Shown here: positions 15,001-28,300 of the stretch, one piece after another
Position numbering within the stretch: the stretch's first letter is position 1
Layout of the letters: every line of letters starts with the position of its first letter
Assembly: GCF_000150275.1 (NCBI RefSeq)
Contig: NW_002060945.1
Span: 8,820,011-8,884,010, forward strand
Direction: 5' to 3'
DNA length: 64,000 nucleotides
Source: Trichoplax adhaerens
Lineage: Eukaryota; Animalia; Placozoa
Program-made: the position numbers and the translations under genes
The notes under the pieces: generated by a model
Told to the model about the DNA's origin: nothing
Seen by the model: only the letters and a program-made list of their open reading frames with translations
Databases searched by the model: none

Positions 15001-15796
15001 ATCAAAATTAATGTGATATCTCGACATGTGATCAAAATATTACTCTCTCGATAAAGGAATAGAAATACTTTGTAAGATGTCATTTTTGAATGAGCTAAGC
15101 CTTCAAATAGAACAAAAGCAACTTTAAACTTGAATTTATTATCGTATAGGACACTAAGATTATATTAACAAAGCGACTACAGAAAAGTAAACTGGTGATC
15201 AACTGTAATATTCAGATGGATGAAAGTAAGTCATTAAATCTATCAAAGTGTTTGATATTCTGATATATAAAGAAGAATCCCTATTGCTCGATATACATAC
15301 ATTTAGAACTGGAACTCAAAACGACGAAGTAAAAACAATTTTAAGCCTTAATATATCATTGGTTAACTGGCCACTGATCAGATTAACTAATACATATCTT
15401 AATATGCCTACAACCATGATTATTAGTATACGTATGCGTATAATAAGTTAACATTAATATGAAAATTGTACGTCAAGGTAGCATAACTGAAGATTTATAT
15501 ATATACTATATGAAAGTAAGTTATTCCAATGAAATTGGTAAATAGATATCGAACGATGCAGAGTAGATCTTATGAGCATACGGGTCAATTAGGTTAATAT
15601 TGATATAGAAATTGCTCATCAGGATGATCGCATGAAAGGTGTATGTTCTTATATTCCGAATTGCTTTATTTATATTCGCATAAATGAAGTCTATATTTTA
15701 AATGATAATTAAGTGATATCTTACCAGTTTAAGCCGATGGATAGATAATGCAGCCTCGGATGAATGGTCGATAGTCGTTGCTAAAGCTCGGCTCAT
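12011..15796 (-). CDS. Stand-alone PTP catalytic-domain protein, paralogue of the PTPN3/4-like gene
   Basis: Minus-strand exons: MSRALATTIDHSSEAALSIHRLKL | LMKDTEAVNIYR | ..EKNRYNDILP | ..DYINASYVD | MNISKSEIINRYICAQGPLANTAAEFWQ | MIWEQ.. | KCYKYWP | WPDHGVP | VHCSAGVGRTG | MRDQRGLLVQNP | VQFRFICK..GKSVK*. Intron positions match the + strand PTP gene. The ATG at 15796 has an in-frame TAA five codons upstream. Confidence 0.88.
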
Positions 15797-16977
15797 TTTT
15801 AGTCTAGCTTATACAATATTGATTGAAATCTTCTCTATCTGCTGAAAGACATAAATGAAAAGGATAACATGACAAAATGATCAATGCAGTAGAGTGATGA
15901 ACTAGCTTCTATAAAGTGACCATCAAAGGTTCTTGCATTTAATGGTAAAATGGCAAAATTCGTGAATTTATATCCACATTTCTATTAAGGGAGAAAAATT
16001 TTAAGCTATTTATCTATTTTAATCATTACATTATCATTTTATGATTAAGCTGAAAGCTATAGTTGGTAAGCATGTAATTAAAGGTAATCATTTTTCAGAA
16101 CATATTTTATAACAGCTTTTTTGGATCGGAATTAGACTATAGGAGAAAAAGAATACAATGCGGTAGGGCAACTAATACTTATAATGAGTAATTTTATCAT
16201 TAATCGTAGAATACCGCTACGATCTAGCATCAGTTTTGCTATTACAAGGAGTGCTTGTAAACTAAATGATCATCTGCCGATTTAGCACTGATAACTCCAA
16301 TAGTAATCAATAAATAGGCTGCTCATTACCGTGCAGGTATTGGATTTTATCCTGCTACATGTGCCGTGCAAAAAATTAAACTTAAACAAAAAATTGATTA
16401 TGAGATTGTGAGTAGGAATTAGTTAATTCATAAATTACGGCAGCAAATTAAAATAGTTGATTTTCAATGGTAAGAAATGGTGACAAATTTCCATTTACTA
16501 TCTAAGTGGCCTTACGCTGATTAATTGTAGCCAATGTTGTCCCAGTATAGTACAGTTTAGTTATGAAATATCAGGGCCATTAAATTTCTTTGTAAGCACT
16601 TTCTATATACACCAATTTGATATGGAGATCAAGAGAAATGTATTTCTGAGAAGCCCCCCAGTCTCTCTATACTAAAAACTTTATAAATAAATAATTAACT
16701 GCCGTATTTGCAGGTGCTTTATGTGTATTTATGCAAATGCCACACAATTAAAGTAACATTATTTTTTTTACAGTAAAGATACTTCAATGTTTCACGATTA
16801 TATTGAATATAGTATTTTCTACTCAGTGCTACAAGTTGACTGTTATTTCGATGTATTTTCCATTGCTAAAATTCGAAGAGTCTATGAGTATTATCATGCT
16901 CTTACGCTGTAGAACCTAATACTGGTATAGCGGGCATGCTTACAATATACTTTAAAGCGGTAGAACTGACTGCAGAT

Positions 16978-17575
16978 TATCAAACTATACCTCCTCTATT
17001 TTTGTATTAATTCTACTGGATATTATTTGAACCCTATTTATTTTACTGTATTTTGGTTGGTGATTGGACTGTTTGTACTGAGCTTTAGTGCCTGTTTATG
17101 CCCTACGATATCACTTGATCGAAGTTGATTGGCATAGTAGAATGAAATAGGTGTTGTAAATGATGTAATCCTGCTAGAGTCAAGTTGGTGTCAAGAATTG
17201 CACCAAATGAAGTATAGAAGTGATAAAAATGGAAATGACTATGAATAGTGACAGCTACGTCATTCCATTTTTCTTCTTGTCTATATAGAAATATTGTTAT
17301 AAGTATTTAAAGTCGCTATTTAGGTAGTCTTGATGAACTATGGCCTTTCGTGAGTCAGCATGAGTAATAAGAATGACAATTTGCTAGCCTGCTGAGCTAA
17401 GATCTTCATACTGATTAGTAACAATTTATGTCCTAAGATACTATAAACCAATTGGAGGTATAAACTGACAATTTAAATTGAGAATAATTAAACAAATTGA
17501 CTGTCCGTAGTGGTATGTAGTACTCTATCAAACTATACCTCCTCTATTTTTGTATTAATTCTACTGGATATTATT
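16978..17575. repeat. 50-bp perfect direct repeat pair about 548 bp apart
   Basis: TATCAAACTATACCTCCTCTATTTTTGTATTAATTCTACTGGATATTATT at 16978-17027 and 17526-17575. Confidence 0.9.
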
Positions 17576-20500
17576 AATTAGCATGGTCAGCGTGCGATTT
17601 TTTAAAATTGACTTTTATCAGAATTGGCGTGATTTAAGTGTACCATTGGACTCAGCAGTAGGATATACTGTAAACTTCTTAAAAGAGTTGCGGTTAGAAG
17701 TACAGTATTTTGTCAGCTTAGTCATTCGGTAGATGGCATAAAGTAGAAATTCATGTTCTAACATTGCAGGCGCAAATAGCACAACTCATTAAGAATTGAT
17801 CTCCTTGAGTTTATTTTTACAATCCATAAAAGGAAATAATTTAACTTTGTAACTGTCCAGTTTTGCTAAGATTTTCATCATTGTTAAGTCTATGCTCCAT
17901 AGGATGGTACTGAGTACCGAAATTGCCGATTAATAGAATAGATTTTGCAAGAACATTGATGATTTATGTAGAGTTCAAATAGCCTAAATTTCAGGATGTT
18001 CTCACTTGTGGAAATTTTTCATCTTGATTTCATTTTGAATCTGTACAACAACCTCATTAAAATATTTAAAAGACTTTAAATCGATGTGTCATGCATCTCT
18101 ATATATCTAAAATACAGTCGATTCATGACTCAATTTTAGAAGAATTCATTTTCCTGGTAATTTTTTATAAACCCTAAGTACACGATTCTGTCATTTTGAA
18201 GAGTATTGCGCCATAGTTGGAGATTGATTACGTTTGCTAGACCTATAGCAACTGATATTACTCAATAGCAATTTAACAAGCCAATTTTATATAGCGCGGT
18301 ATAACTTACATATTCCCTTAAATATTCGATTCTGGCATCTTGGAGATTAATGATATTTACTAAACCTATAATAAGTGATATTACTCAATGCCAATTCAAT
18401 AATCCGATTTGATATTTCATGGTATAATTTACATTTATATGTTGCATGGTACAATATAAAACTGTGCGTAGCTAATTTTATCCAAATTTGATTATTTGAC
18501 AAGTATCTTACTTGAATGATAGATCTACAGCACTTTGCATAGTAGAGCATCAGGTGCGGTTTCATAACATAGACATTTATTTAATTGTTATGAGATTCTT
18601 TTAATCGTTGATCGCCTCATGATAGAGTGTGGTTAAAGCAACTGTGAAAAAGGTAGAGTTGGTGTTTATTTTCAATAACCCTGCAGTAGAAAATGCAGGA
18701 GTGTGTTTGTGAGTATGCCATTAATTCAAGATTATTATAAATAATCAATTACTGTATATACGCGTAAATCAATAAATAATGATCACATAGAAGCGTTTTG
18801 TAATCTTGGAAAAGATTGTTAGCTCTAGCTGCAATCGATGAACGTGTAATAACGGAAGAAATTTTGTTTTTAATGAATGGTAATAGAAAAGATTGTCCAA
18901 TCTGGTATTAGATAATTCTTGTTTAGCAGAGATGGAATCATCTTTTGACCCTAGCCATGTTCGAGGAGGGACTTGTCAATTTTTTTTACATCGGGTAAAA
19001 ATAATTGACAAGGCGCTGGTTCGAGCTATTGAAGGCGTTTTCAGTATTTTACATTGTCATGAATTGTAGTTCTCCTATACCTATAATTGTCTTGTAGTTT
19101 ATGACGAAATGCAAAGTTTGTTTATATAAGAGTTATGGCACCACGTCTCTAGACTGTATTAATTATGCAAAATGGCGCATCATGGAGCGTCCTGCATCGA
19201 GTTAGAGATTGCCATGAATTATTCATGATTGAGGCTTATTCGATAATGAACAAATGATGTAATAGTCAATTTGTTTACATTCGAGCTGCAATTTCTCCAG
19301 ACGATGCTCAATTGTAAACCATGGACTATCTTCTTCTATCTAGGCAGAGCTTGTAAGCCATCATTGATGGATTCAAGATAAATGGGCCTGCTCCAAAAAA
19401 CCCCGCTTAATTATGATTCAATTCATCCCTAATGAAGTCTTTTTCATATGCAAAATTTTCATGCTGGAGGGTGATTTTAGGAGCTATTACCTCCGAGCTC
19501 GATTGCAGTAGGAAAGGGCTCGTGGAGTAAGTACTGTATTAGTCTCCGTGATCTTATACAGCCATGGCCACACTGAAAAAGTGTTGAAGTGATTGAGTTG
19601 AATAGGAGTAATACTCGTATACAGAGATATATTTAATTCCTATTCTATCAAGATCTCGTTAACTAGTCATAAATATGACTATAATTGATAATAATTATGA
19701 CTCTAAGCAAGGGCTTCTACGTTATTTTTGGGATCACAGTAAAATTTCGTAAGTGTTCCAGCCAGCCTCGCTCTATCACATAATGTTTCACAGAATTTTA
19801 GGCCAGGGTTATGAGGCTAGAAGAAACTTGATCACTACCTACTGTACAGTACAGTATATCAACTAGCTTAAAGTTAGTTGCAGTTCTGAATTTACCATGT
19901 CGATGTTCTAATGGCCATTAGATACGATATCTACACAGTATACAGCGAGTTCTTCAGTCATGGGCTACGGAAATGCATTAACGTGATCAAGTGGTCCATC
20001 CCTCAACCAATTCAGTTGCTCATTTGGTACGGTTGATCAATGATAGTATAATTACAAGCCATGATCAATCCGATTTTTTATTTCTCTCCAAAATGGCTAG
20101 AGTATATGGATTATAGATTGATCTGAAATGAATTATTTCACTTGAGCATCTTGGTCAAAATTTAGTTGGATATCATGGAAGTCTGTATCGAACTGAGAAG
20201 TCACTTCGAACTCCGATTGGCTAGCTTTGATCTTAACACTACAGTACTGTACATATAGTCATTTCTAGCTTAATCCACGGCTAGTTTCCGTCCCTTGGGT
20301 TCAATCAGTGGTACAATTGCAATCCATTTGTCGTATACAGTAGTAGCTCATTTGAAGCGTACAGTAGTTGTGATCATTTTAGTAGTTGCTAGCAATGTTA
20401 AAAAGGTTGGAGATGGAGAGTACGCCAGGCATAAGTTCTTGACCAGTTCTTATGTACAGGGCTGCTAACAACGATATAGTTCATTGTACTTCAGTTGTCT

Positions 20501-20605
20501 ACCCCACTATTACCTTGTGCTCGTTTTTGCTGTTTCAAAATTTGAATACTATCATTTTCGCTTTTCCAATGCAAAAGAGTGTACGGTTGCAGATAGAAAG
20601 TGGCG

Positions 20606-20985
20606 TTCAAATGATGAGCAAAATTGTCAGTTTAGGCATTTGTAGTTGACTAAACAGTCGCTTCCGGTCCTTCTCTCTCTCTCTTAGTCACTTAAGCTTA
20701 TGTCCAATTAGTTCTGCAAAGCGGGTGTATACCATGGAGGAAATTTTCTTCTTTCCCCATCCATTTAATCAATTGACAATCCATTGATTCATTGCACTTT
20801 AGTTGTCCACCTCACTATTAATTTCAAATGATGAGCAAAATTGTCAGTCTAGGCATTTGTAGTTGACTAAACAGTCGCTTCCGGTCCTTCTCTCTCTCTC
20901 TTAGTCACTTAAGCTTACGTCCAATTAGTTCTGCAAAGCGGGTGTATACCATGGAGGAAATTTTCTCCTTCCTCCATCCATCTCA
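20606..20985. repeat. Direct duplication, ~145-160 bp unit, period 217 bp
   Basis: TTCAAATGATGAGCAAAATTGTCAG...GGAGGAAATTTTCT occurs at 20606 and 20823, nearly identical. Confidence 0.92.
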
Positions 20986-21657
20986 TCAATTGATAAATAT
21001 CAGAATCACTGACAGTACTGAAAATTCCCCACGACTGAACTAGCTGCTAGCAGCAAGTGGACGCCAATATTAGCTGTAAATAATCACGACAGTCAATGTG
21101 CAGAAGTCCGTCCAATCAGTAATTGGCTTTGCTCCGTACTTCCATTTGCCTATACTGTACCTGTAGCTGACTGCAGCTGGAAATTTTCTCCTTCCTCCAT
21201 CCATCTCATCAATTGATAAATATCAGAATCACTGACAGTACTGAATATTCCCCACGACTGAACTAGCTGGTAGCTGCAAGTGGACGCCAATATTAGCTGT
21301 AAATAATCACGACAGTCAATGTGCAGAAGTCCGTCCAATCAGTAATTGGCTTTGCTCCGTACTTCCATTTGCCTATACTGTACCTGTAGCTGACTGCAGC
21401 TGGAAATTTTCTCCTTCCTCCATCCATCTCATCAATTGATAAATATCAGAATCACTGACAGTACTGAATATTCCCCACGACTGAACTAGCTGGTAGCTGC
21501 AAGTGGACGCCAATATTAGCTGCAAATAATCACGACAGTCAATGTGCAGAAGTCCGTCCAATCAGTCGTCCAGGAAAAGGTGGATCCGGCCGGTCCAATT
21601 AGCTTTGTTCCGTACTTCCATTGGCTTATACTGTACCTGTAGCTGACTGCAGCTGTA
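20957..21657. repeat. 223-bp tandem repeat, about 3 copies, upstream of the EPB41L5-like gene
   Basis: Units begin GGAAATTTTCTCCTTCCTCC near 20957, 21179 and 21402. They produce the two identical spurious ORFs 21150-21338 and 21373-21561. Confidence 0.95.
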
Positions 21658-21717
21658 CTGGACCCCAAGCAAGGTACTGGTACCGGTCCTGTTCCCAGTT
21701 GTAATAAGTCCCTGACC

Positions 21718-21774
21718 TGACGTGACGACGCGGAAAGGGTGGGTGGGGCGTGGCATACAGGGTCTCTATAATAA
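21718..21774 (+). promoter_or_regulatory. Candidate core promoter of the EPB41L5-like gene: CRE-like site, GC/KLF box, TATA-like box
   Basis: TGACGTGA 21718, GGGTGGGTGGGGCGTGG 21737-21753 and TATAATAA 21767-21774, in canonical order within a GC-rich island before the first coding exon. Confidence 0.6.
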
Positions 21775-22372
21775 GTCTTTGCCGGCGATTGAAATTGGAT
21801 GAAATTATCATTGGAAATTCTTATTAGACAAATTTGCTATGATGTACATGAGTGGATGCTCCAGTCTAGTAAGAGGTAATATGGAAACGCAGCAGCACAG
21901 CAGCCGAGTGCCGCAGATATGCCAGCACGCGTATTCATTTTCCGCGTGCCACAGACTTGTCGACGCAGACATGCAGACAGCAGCAGACGCTCAGGTAGTC
22001 GATGCCCTCGACTACCTGAGCGAGCCAGAGCGCATGCGAGCCAGATCGCAGCCATTGTCAGCAGCAGCAGCAGGGTAGCAGCCCTAACCACCACCACCAT
22101 CACCATCACCCCCCCCTCCCCCACCACCACTAGCGGTTGGATTAACCAACGATCGTTGATGCTCGCCATTGGACAATTCGTCAACAACTTGCAGCTCGTT
22201 TATTCAACCACTTTCTTCAAGGTAGAGGTAGAATCAATCCATTAATGTATCCAAAAGTCATTGAGATAGACGATCGAGCCAGTCGATGAGGATGGATTGT
22301 GAATCAGGACCATTGTATAAGTAATCCTTTTCATTCTTGTTATCTATCTTTTATACTAGCTTACCAATCATC

Positions 22373-25300
22373 ATGCGATTCTCATTTCGTTGGAAGAAGA
22401 AGAAAGTTGAACAATTGCAAGATGGCGATCATATATGTAAGATCTTGCTGTTGGATGGCAATACGCTAGAATATAAAGCTCAGGTAAGGCTGATTGCTAT
22501 AGGTAATTTTTCATGTTTGAGCTTGTGTCTTGCCTAGTTCATTGGTATCATTGCTATTAAGTTAGCTTGATTGTGTCGTAACATCGGATCGAGGGATTGT
22601 TGGTCTGGATTTCCAAAAAAAAATTCAAAAATAACAGTGATAAGGGGTGATCCAGTATGGACTCGACGTGTATGGATAGTCTTTAACGGGGACTTTCAGT
22701 TATCATAACATGGTAATCGATAACGGAAAGCAATCAACAGTGTGTCTGCTTGATAGACTTGTTTACGGAAAAGAATGATCATCGACTGTAGAAATGACGA
22801 GTTGATTCTCTCAAACAGCGAGGTAGAATGCTACAATCAGCTTGTAATAATCGAGTGCATCCATGGCTAGATTGATACTGTGCTTGAATATCTATTGCAC
22901 AAGTGTGAAGCAATCAAATTCCATTTCGATCGCTTTCTATTATGTTGATTTGTGAAATAAACTCAGAAAGGATTCTCTACTCTAGCAGTGTTAAGTCTAT
23001 ACGATCAAGGTAACAATGTTTAATCAATCAATCATGGATATACCATTAAATAAATAATGTCATCGAAACGCAACCAAAACCTTACGAGTATCACAATCAA
23101 CGAGCGGATAAGATAAACGTGTTTTAAGCCTATTAGTGGCTAACTAAAAAAAAGACAGCAACTGCCTGCGCTATGGTTATAAAGTAACTTGCTATCGGTC
23201 AATATATTCCCTTCGATCATTATCCAACATACAGTCATATCAATCTGTTTTCAAATCGCCTGGGAAAAACGTTATCGACTGTAGGAGTGATTGGTTTATT
23301 TTTATCTACTAATCGCGTTAGATAAGCTCATCGACGCAAGTCTTGCAGGAAACCAACAAATAAAATCAATCAATTATCCGTACTTAGGACATCATTTCAA
23401 CAGAATAGGCAACAGTAAGCTGGTTCCTTCTCCTATGCAATCCAACCTAAATTCTAAAATAACCCTCCCTAAATTCATCTCAATACTAGTCAATCCACGA
23501 TCATGCGCCTTTTTTTTTTACATTGGGAATTTAGCAGTAGTAGAATTGCAGGAAGGAGGAGCTGTTCATTAAGATTGAGCCCCGTCATCACTTGATTAAG
23601 ATTGCACCGTCTTGAACTCTATTTCCTGTCGATATACTGTACATAACATAATATCGTAGAAAAGAAGGCATATCGAATATATGCACTGTCTTTTGATTAA
23701 TTAATTTACAATATTCATTCCTCCTTGTTCTATGTTTTCATCGACGGAGTTCCATTTTTTCCATCGGATAAAACTACACTATGACGAAAGGACTATCTCA
23801 ACATCTTCCTTTCTACTAATTTGTCTATACAATAATTGGATCCATGAAGATAACTGATAGTAATATCGCCATCGTTGCTACTTTGAGTCAACGAATAAAA
23901 ATTCGTTGACAATTCTTGGTGATTTTGAATCCTACAACGTGATGAAAACGACAGCAAATCTACAATCTATTGGCTACGATGATTTAATTTTAATCCTTGT
24001 TGATTTTTTGAGAATCTTATATGACTCTTGAAAACTGTATGAAAAGATTATTGACAACGGGTCGGACCACAATGATGATCATTATTATTTTTAAATTGTA
24101 GTGCAAGATGTTACAGTAGCTATATGCCTGCAGTTTCTATTGCAATATGGAGAAAGATCAATAATAAAAACTACAGTATTTATTTGTGATGATGATGATG
24201 AAATGCTATCGCCAATAGTGATGAATACTAAACTGTTCCACTCAATCTTTGTTGTATACCTATCAACTTTAATGCCATGAGGATAATATCAAAGTAGAGC
24301 CATCATGGCCTGCTTTCATGATAGTCATACAGACATTATTCTTGTTGTAATTAAAAACGATTCTACAATAAGCCATGGATGAATGATATCGTGCTGCATC
24401 ATGGTGCTTGTAGGATTACAATAAACTCTCCCACAGAGCTATTTTTATCTTACTGTATTCAAAAAGAAGCAATGTTTAGACAAGACAACATGATTCAATT
24501 ACTTGTACGCGTTTGCAATAGCGTAGCCAAGATGGGCAAGCAAAACGCAACGAGTGTTTTCGGATAAGACAGGATAGTTGAATTTCTTAACTTTAGACTA
24601 TTTGCATTCATTCAATAACAATCGATGCAATAAGTTACATAGCCAAGGATCAAGGCTATTTATTGTACACAGTTTATTAATGAGAAAAAAAAGAGGCAGA
24701 AACAACGACGCCCGACGACTACATCAAATTGTAAATGTTGCATGCAATTCTTTTCTTTTCTTATGCAACAATTGAGATCGTCTACGCATAGAGTAGGATC
24801 AATGGCTCCAAATTTTCTATATTGCTATCTAAAATTAATTATAGATTGTCCATTGATACTGAGGGTAGAATGTCGTAAGGTAGCGAAGTATCTCTCTCCG
24901 ATTTTTCCATTGCATTGCAAAATGTTTCAATGGCGTCGTTCAGGTTAACCAGTAAAGACAGCATTCGCTCTTTCCACATTGGATGAAGAGTCTGTGAAAT
25001 CATCCATAATTTTTATTTTTATAGTAATATGAACTTGATTCAAATTGTGCGGACTACCCTACGGCTACAGTAGCTTGAGTGGAAAGGATGAAGGGGAAAT
25101 GGTAGCTGAGATGGCAATTTACATTCACTTTTGTTTCCACTTTAAAAGCAAGAAATGTTTAGTCAAGCTGTCTATCAGTTCTATCTACTTGTATTTCTAA
25201 CTTAGAGACAGTTGACTACTCATTCTATTGCAATGGTAAAAGGATATTCAACATCATTTTATCACCCATGTAGTTTCCTTGTCCAATTTTTCAAATGGAG

Positions 25301-28300
25301 CATCTACCGTCCTCGTAATAATTAACTAACAACTGTAGTTCCATTGCCTTGGTAAATTAATATATCTTTTTATCGCCATGTAGTTTGTGTGCTGCATTTT
25401 CAAATATGCAGCACACGTTACCTAGCGAGTCCGATTACTTTTAGTATACGAATATTCGAGATCTTTTCATCAAGCAATTTCTTCAGTGCAGTTTTAAATT
25501 AAAGATAATGGTATGCTAACTCCACTTGCGTTTGTAAAATGCTATTCAACATCTTTTCACAACCAAGTAGTTTCTTCAATCTAGTGTTGAAAACAAGTCA
25601 TACTTGGACAATCGATATCATGCCGTATTAACTCATTTTTTTATTAGGGTTCCTACGCGCTAATAAATAAATTAATTATGCAATTATGTAAACTCCAACT
25701 ATTTCCACCCTTGATACATAGATTAATTTAGGGCGGAAAAATCATTAAATTGATCCATTATGTTTTGATCGTAAGTTTTCCAGCCTAGCCATGCACTGTT
25801 GAAGTACAGTAGGCGTCGAATATCGCTCAATAACATGGCGATACCTCGATAAATTTGATAGACTTTTATTCCTTAGGGTTTACTCTCTTAATTAAATGTA
25901 TTCGTGTATTCTTCATGATGAATTGAGCCATGTGTTAAAGCATGAACTACTTACTCTGTTATATCGAATATTTATGACTGCACACCTGGTATTCCAGCAT
26001 GATGACTTAAGTCATGCAAGGCGTTAGGCAATACACTATTCGGTTATGTCTGCAATTTTTTGAAAAAAAAAATTTCAACATCTAGGCAGGAACTTCTAAG
26101 AGAAACTCTGAATTACTCTTAAAAATCCCTGATCTAGGATACTTTTCACATGGTGTGCAAATGCATGCGGCCATAGTTAATGACTTATCAACATGGGTTA
26201 TATTGCTATTATTCTACGATAATGCTGGAAAATATCCAATTGGTCCATACAGCGAAATCTCTAGGGATTTTACTTTTCTCTTGAAAAAAGATTTCCAAGA
26301 TTTATTTTAATAGAGGCGTGTTGCTATGGAAAAAAAATGGGATCGTGCTTATTCCCTTACTACAGTATAACTATTTTGGCAGTAGAGTACTGTACGTTTT
26401 TAGCAGTTTTTGACTTTCTTTTGATGTATTTCTTCAACGTCTATGGACGTATTGCCTTAGCTCAAAACATGATTGCTATTTCTTGCTAACGTACTAAACA
26501 CAATAATAGAACGAATAGCAAGAAAAAATGGCGACATAGGAATAGGACTACGCTTCTTTTCAAGTATCATTTACAGTAGTAGAGGTATCACACTCAGAAC
26601 GACTGATCCATTTTTTCCCCCACTTGGCATGATTTAGCCTAAGCAATAAATACCATACGTATAAATGGTCCAACTTGTAGGCAATTTATTCAATATCCTT
26701 CTCCACATAAGATACCAATAAAAACTGCCATGTTGCCAGAGCTAAACTTCCCTGCAAAAGCAGACAAGGGTTCGCGCATTGTCCTCATTCTAAATTGTGT
26801 TCGTCTATTCTCACGATGTAGTTTGCATTCAATATACTATCCATTTCTATTCCTATTTTCTTCTTAGATTGAATTTAAATCATTCTTCTGTCCTGTCATT
26901 GTCGTTAAATCTTGCCTAGGGATTCAATGGATTTATTTTTTGCATTTCTATTCCATTCTCCTTGTTACAATGAATTCAACCATTTTTGACACCCAATTCT
27001 TTGTTACTGTTATGCCATTTTGTTATCCAGATGGCAGTGTACTCTGAATTTCTACTCCTATTTTCCTTCATCATTTCACAATAAGTTTAAATAATTCTCA
27101 CATCTTGTCGTAATACAATAAACATTCTACATGAAATACGATCTATTTTAGCTTGCAGGTTACAGTTAGCTCTATCAGTAAAGAACATGGAGGTAGAAAA
27201 GACATATACTATAGATCGGCCCTTTATTTTACCTTTCCAGCAAAGATCAATTACATTTTTAGCAGTAGATCAATATTGGTTATTCTAAAGGGGAGTCATA
27301 ATATCACTCAATTTCAAGTATAGTGTGCTTTCCTCTCCATTCTGGATAGGATAGTACTAAACTCATAGCTAGAAATGAAATTGTTGCGGTCGCCTTGCGA
27401 TATTCTTATAGACGTAGATCTTTGAGAACAATGATAATCTTTATTATTATTTTTAACTACTATCATGTCGTGGAGTAACTTAATCCGTATACAATAGTTG
27501 ATTATATTGTTTGATCAACTTTACTATCCTGGATGATTGCATCTATGGATAGGTAGAAAAGTGAGAATGATAACGTGATGATGGCTATCTTATAATTTTA
27601 TGCTAGAAACGTAAAAATAATGAAAATCATGATAGAAACAGATAGAATTTATTCTAGTACCCTGTCATGCTTTCATTATTTGGATCTATAAACTCACGAG
27701 TATATACCACTTTGTGGTCACATCTAAATTATCGAAAAACAAAATAGGATGATGTAGACGCAGGTATAAAAATCAATTAACATGGTCAATTTACGAATAT
27801 GAACAAATAAGATAGGACGATGTACTACTATGTACTATTAACCATTAGCATGGCCAATGCTTGACTTGAAATTAAATTTCTGACCGTAGTATCGATTGAG
27901 AGCTATAAAAATGCAGCTATATCAGTAATGATGAATATTGAATAGTAAAATAAGATGATGTCATATCTAGTGGCACAAAATCGACAAAGCCAACTCTGGA
28001 ATTGCGTTGATATTGATTTTTCATGCCTGTAAAGCGATTGCAAATATTGAAAAGCAAAGCAGGATAATCTACTATTATGTGCTGATTTAAAATCAACTTC
28101 TGGCCTATTCTACAGGAGACTTGTATCGAGATTGATTTCACGATCGTAGTATGGATTGTAGTACCCATTGGAGAGATGTAAAAAATACTACTCTCTTAGC
28201 GATCACAGACTCAATCAAAGTACGTAAATTTATCCTTTATTTATTACTTTAGAAAAGTGCCAGAGGGCAAGAAGTCTACGATGCTGCGTGTCAGGATTTA

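Noticed and set aside
21150-21561. Two identical 62-aa ORFs
   Set aside because: By-products of the 223-bp tandem repeat, with non-ATG starts and no recognisable protein family.
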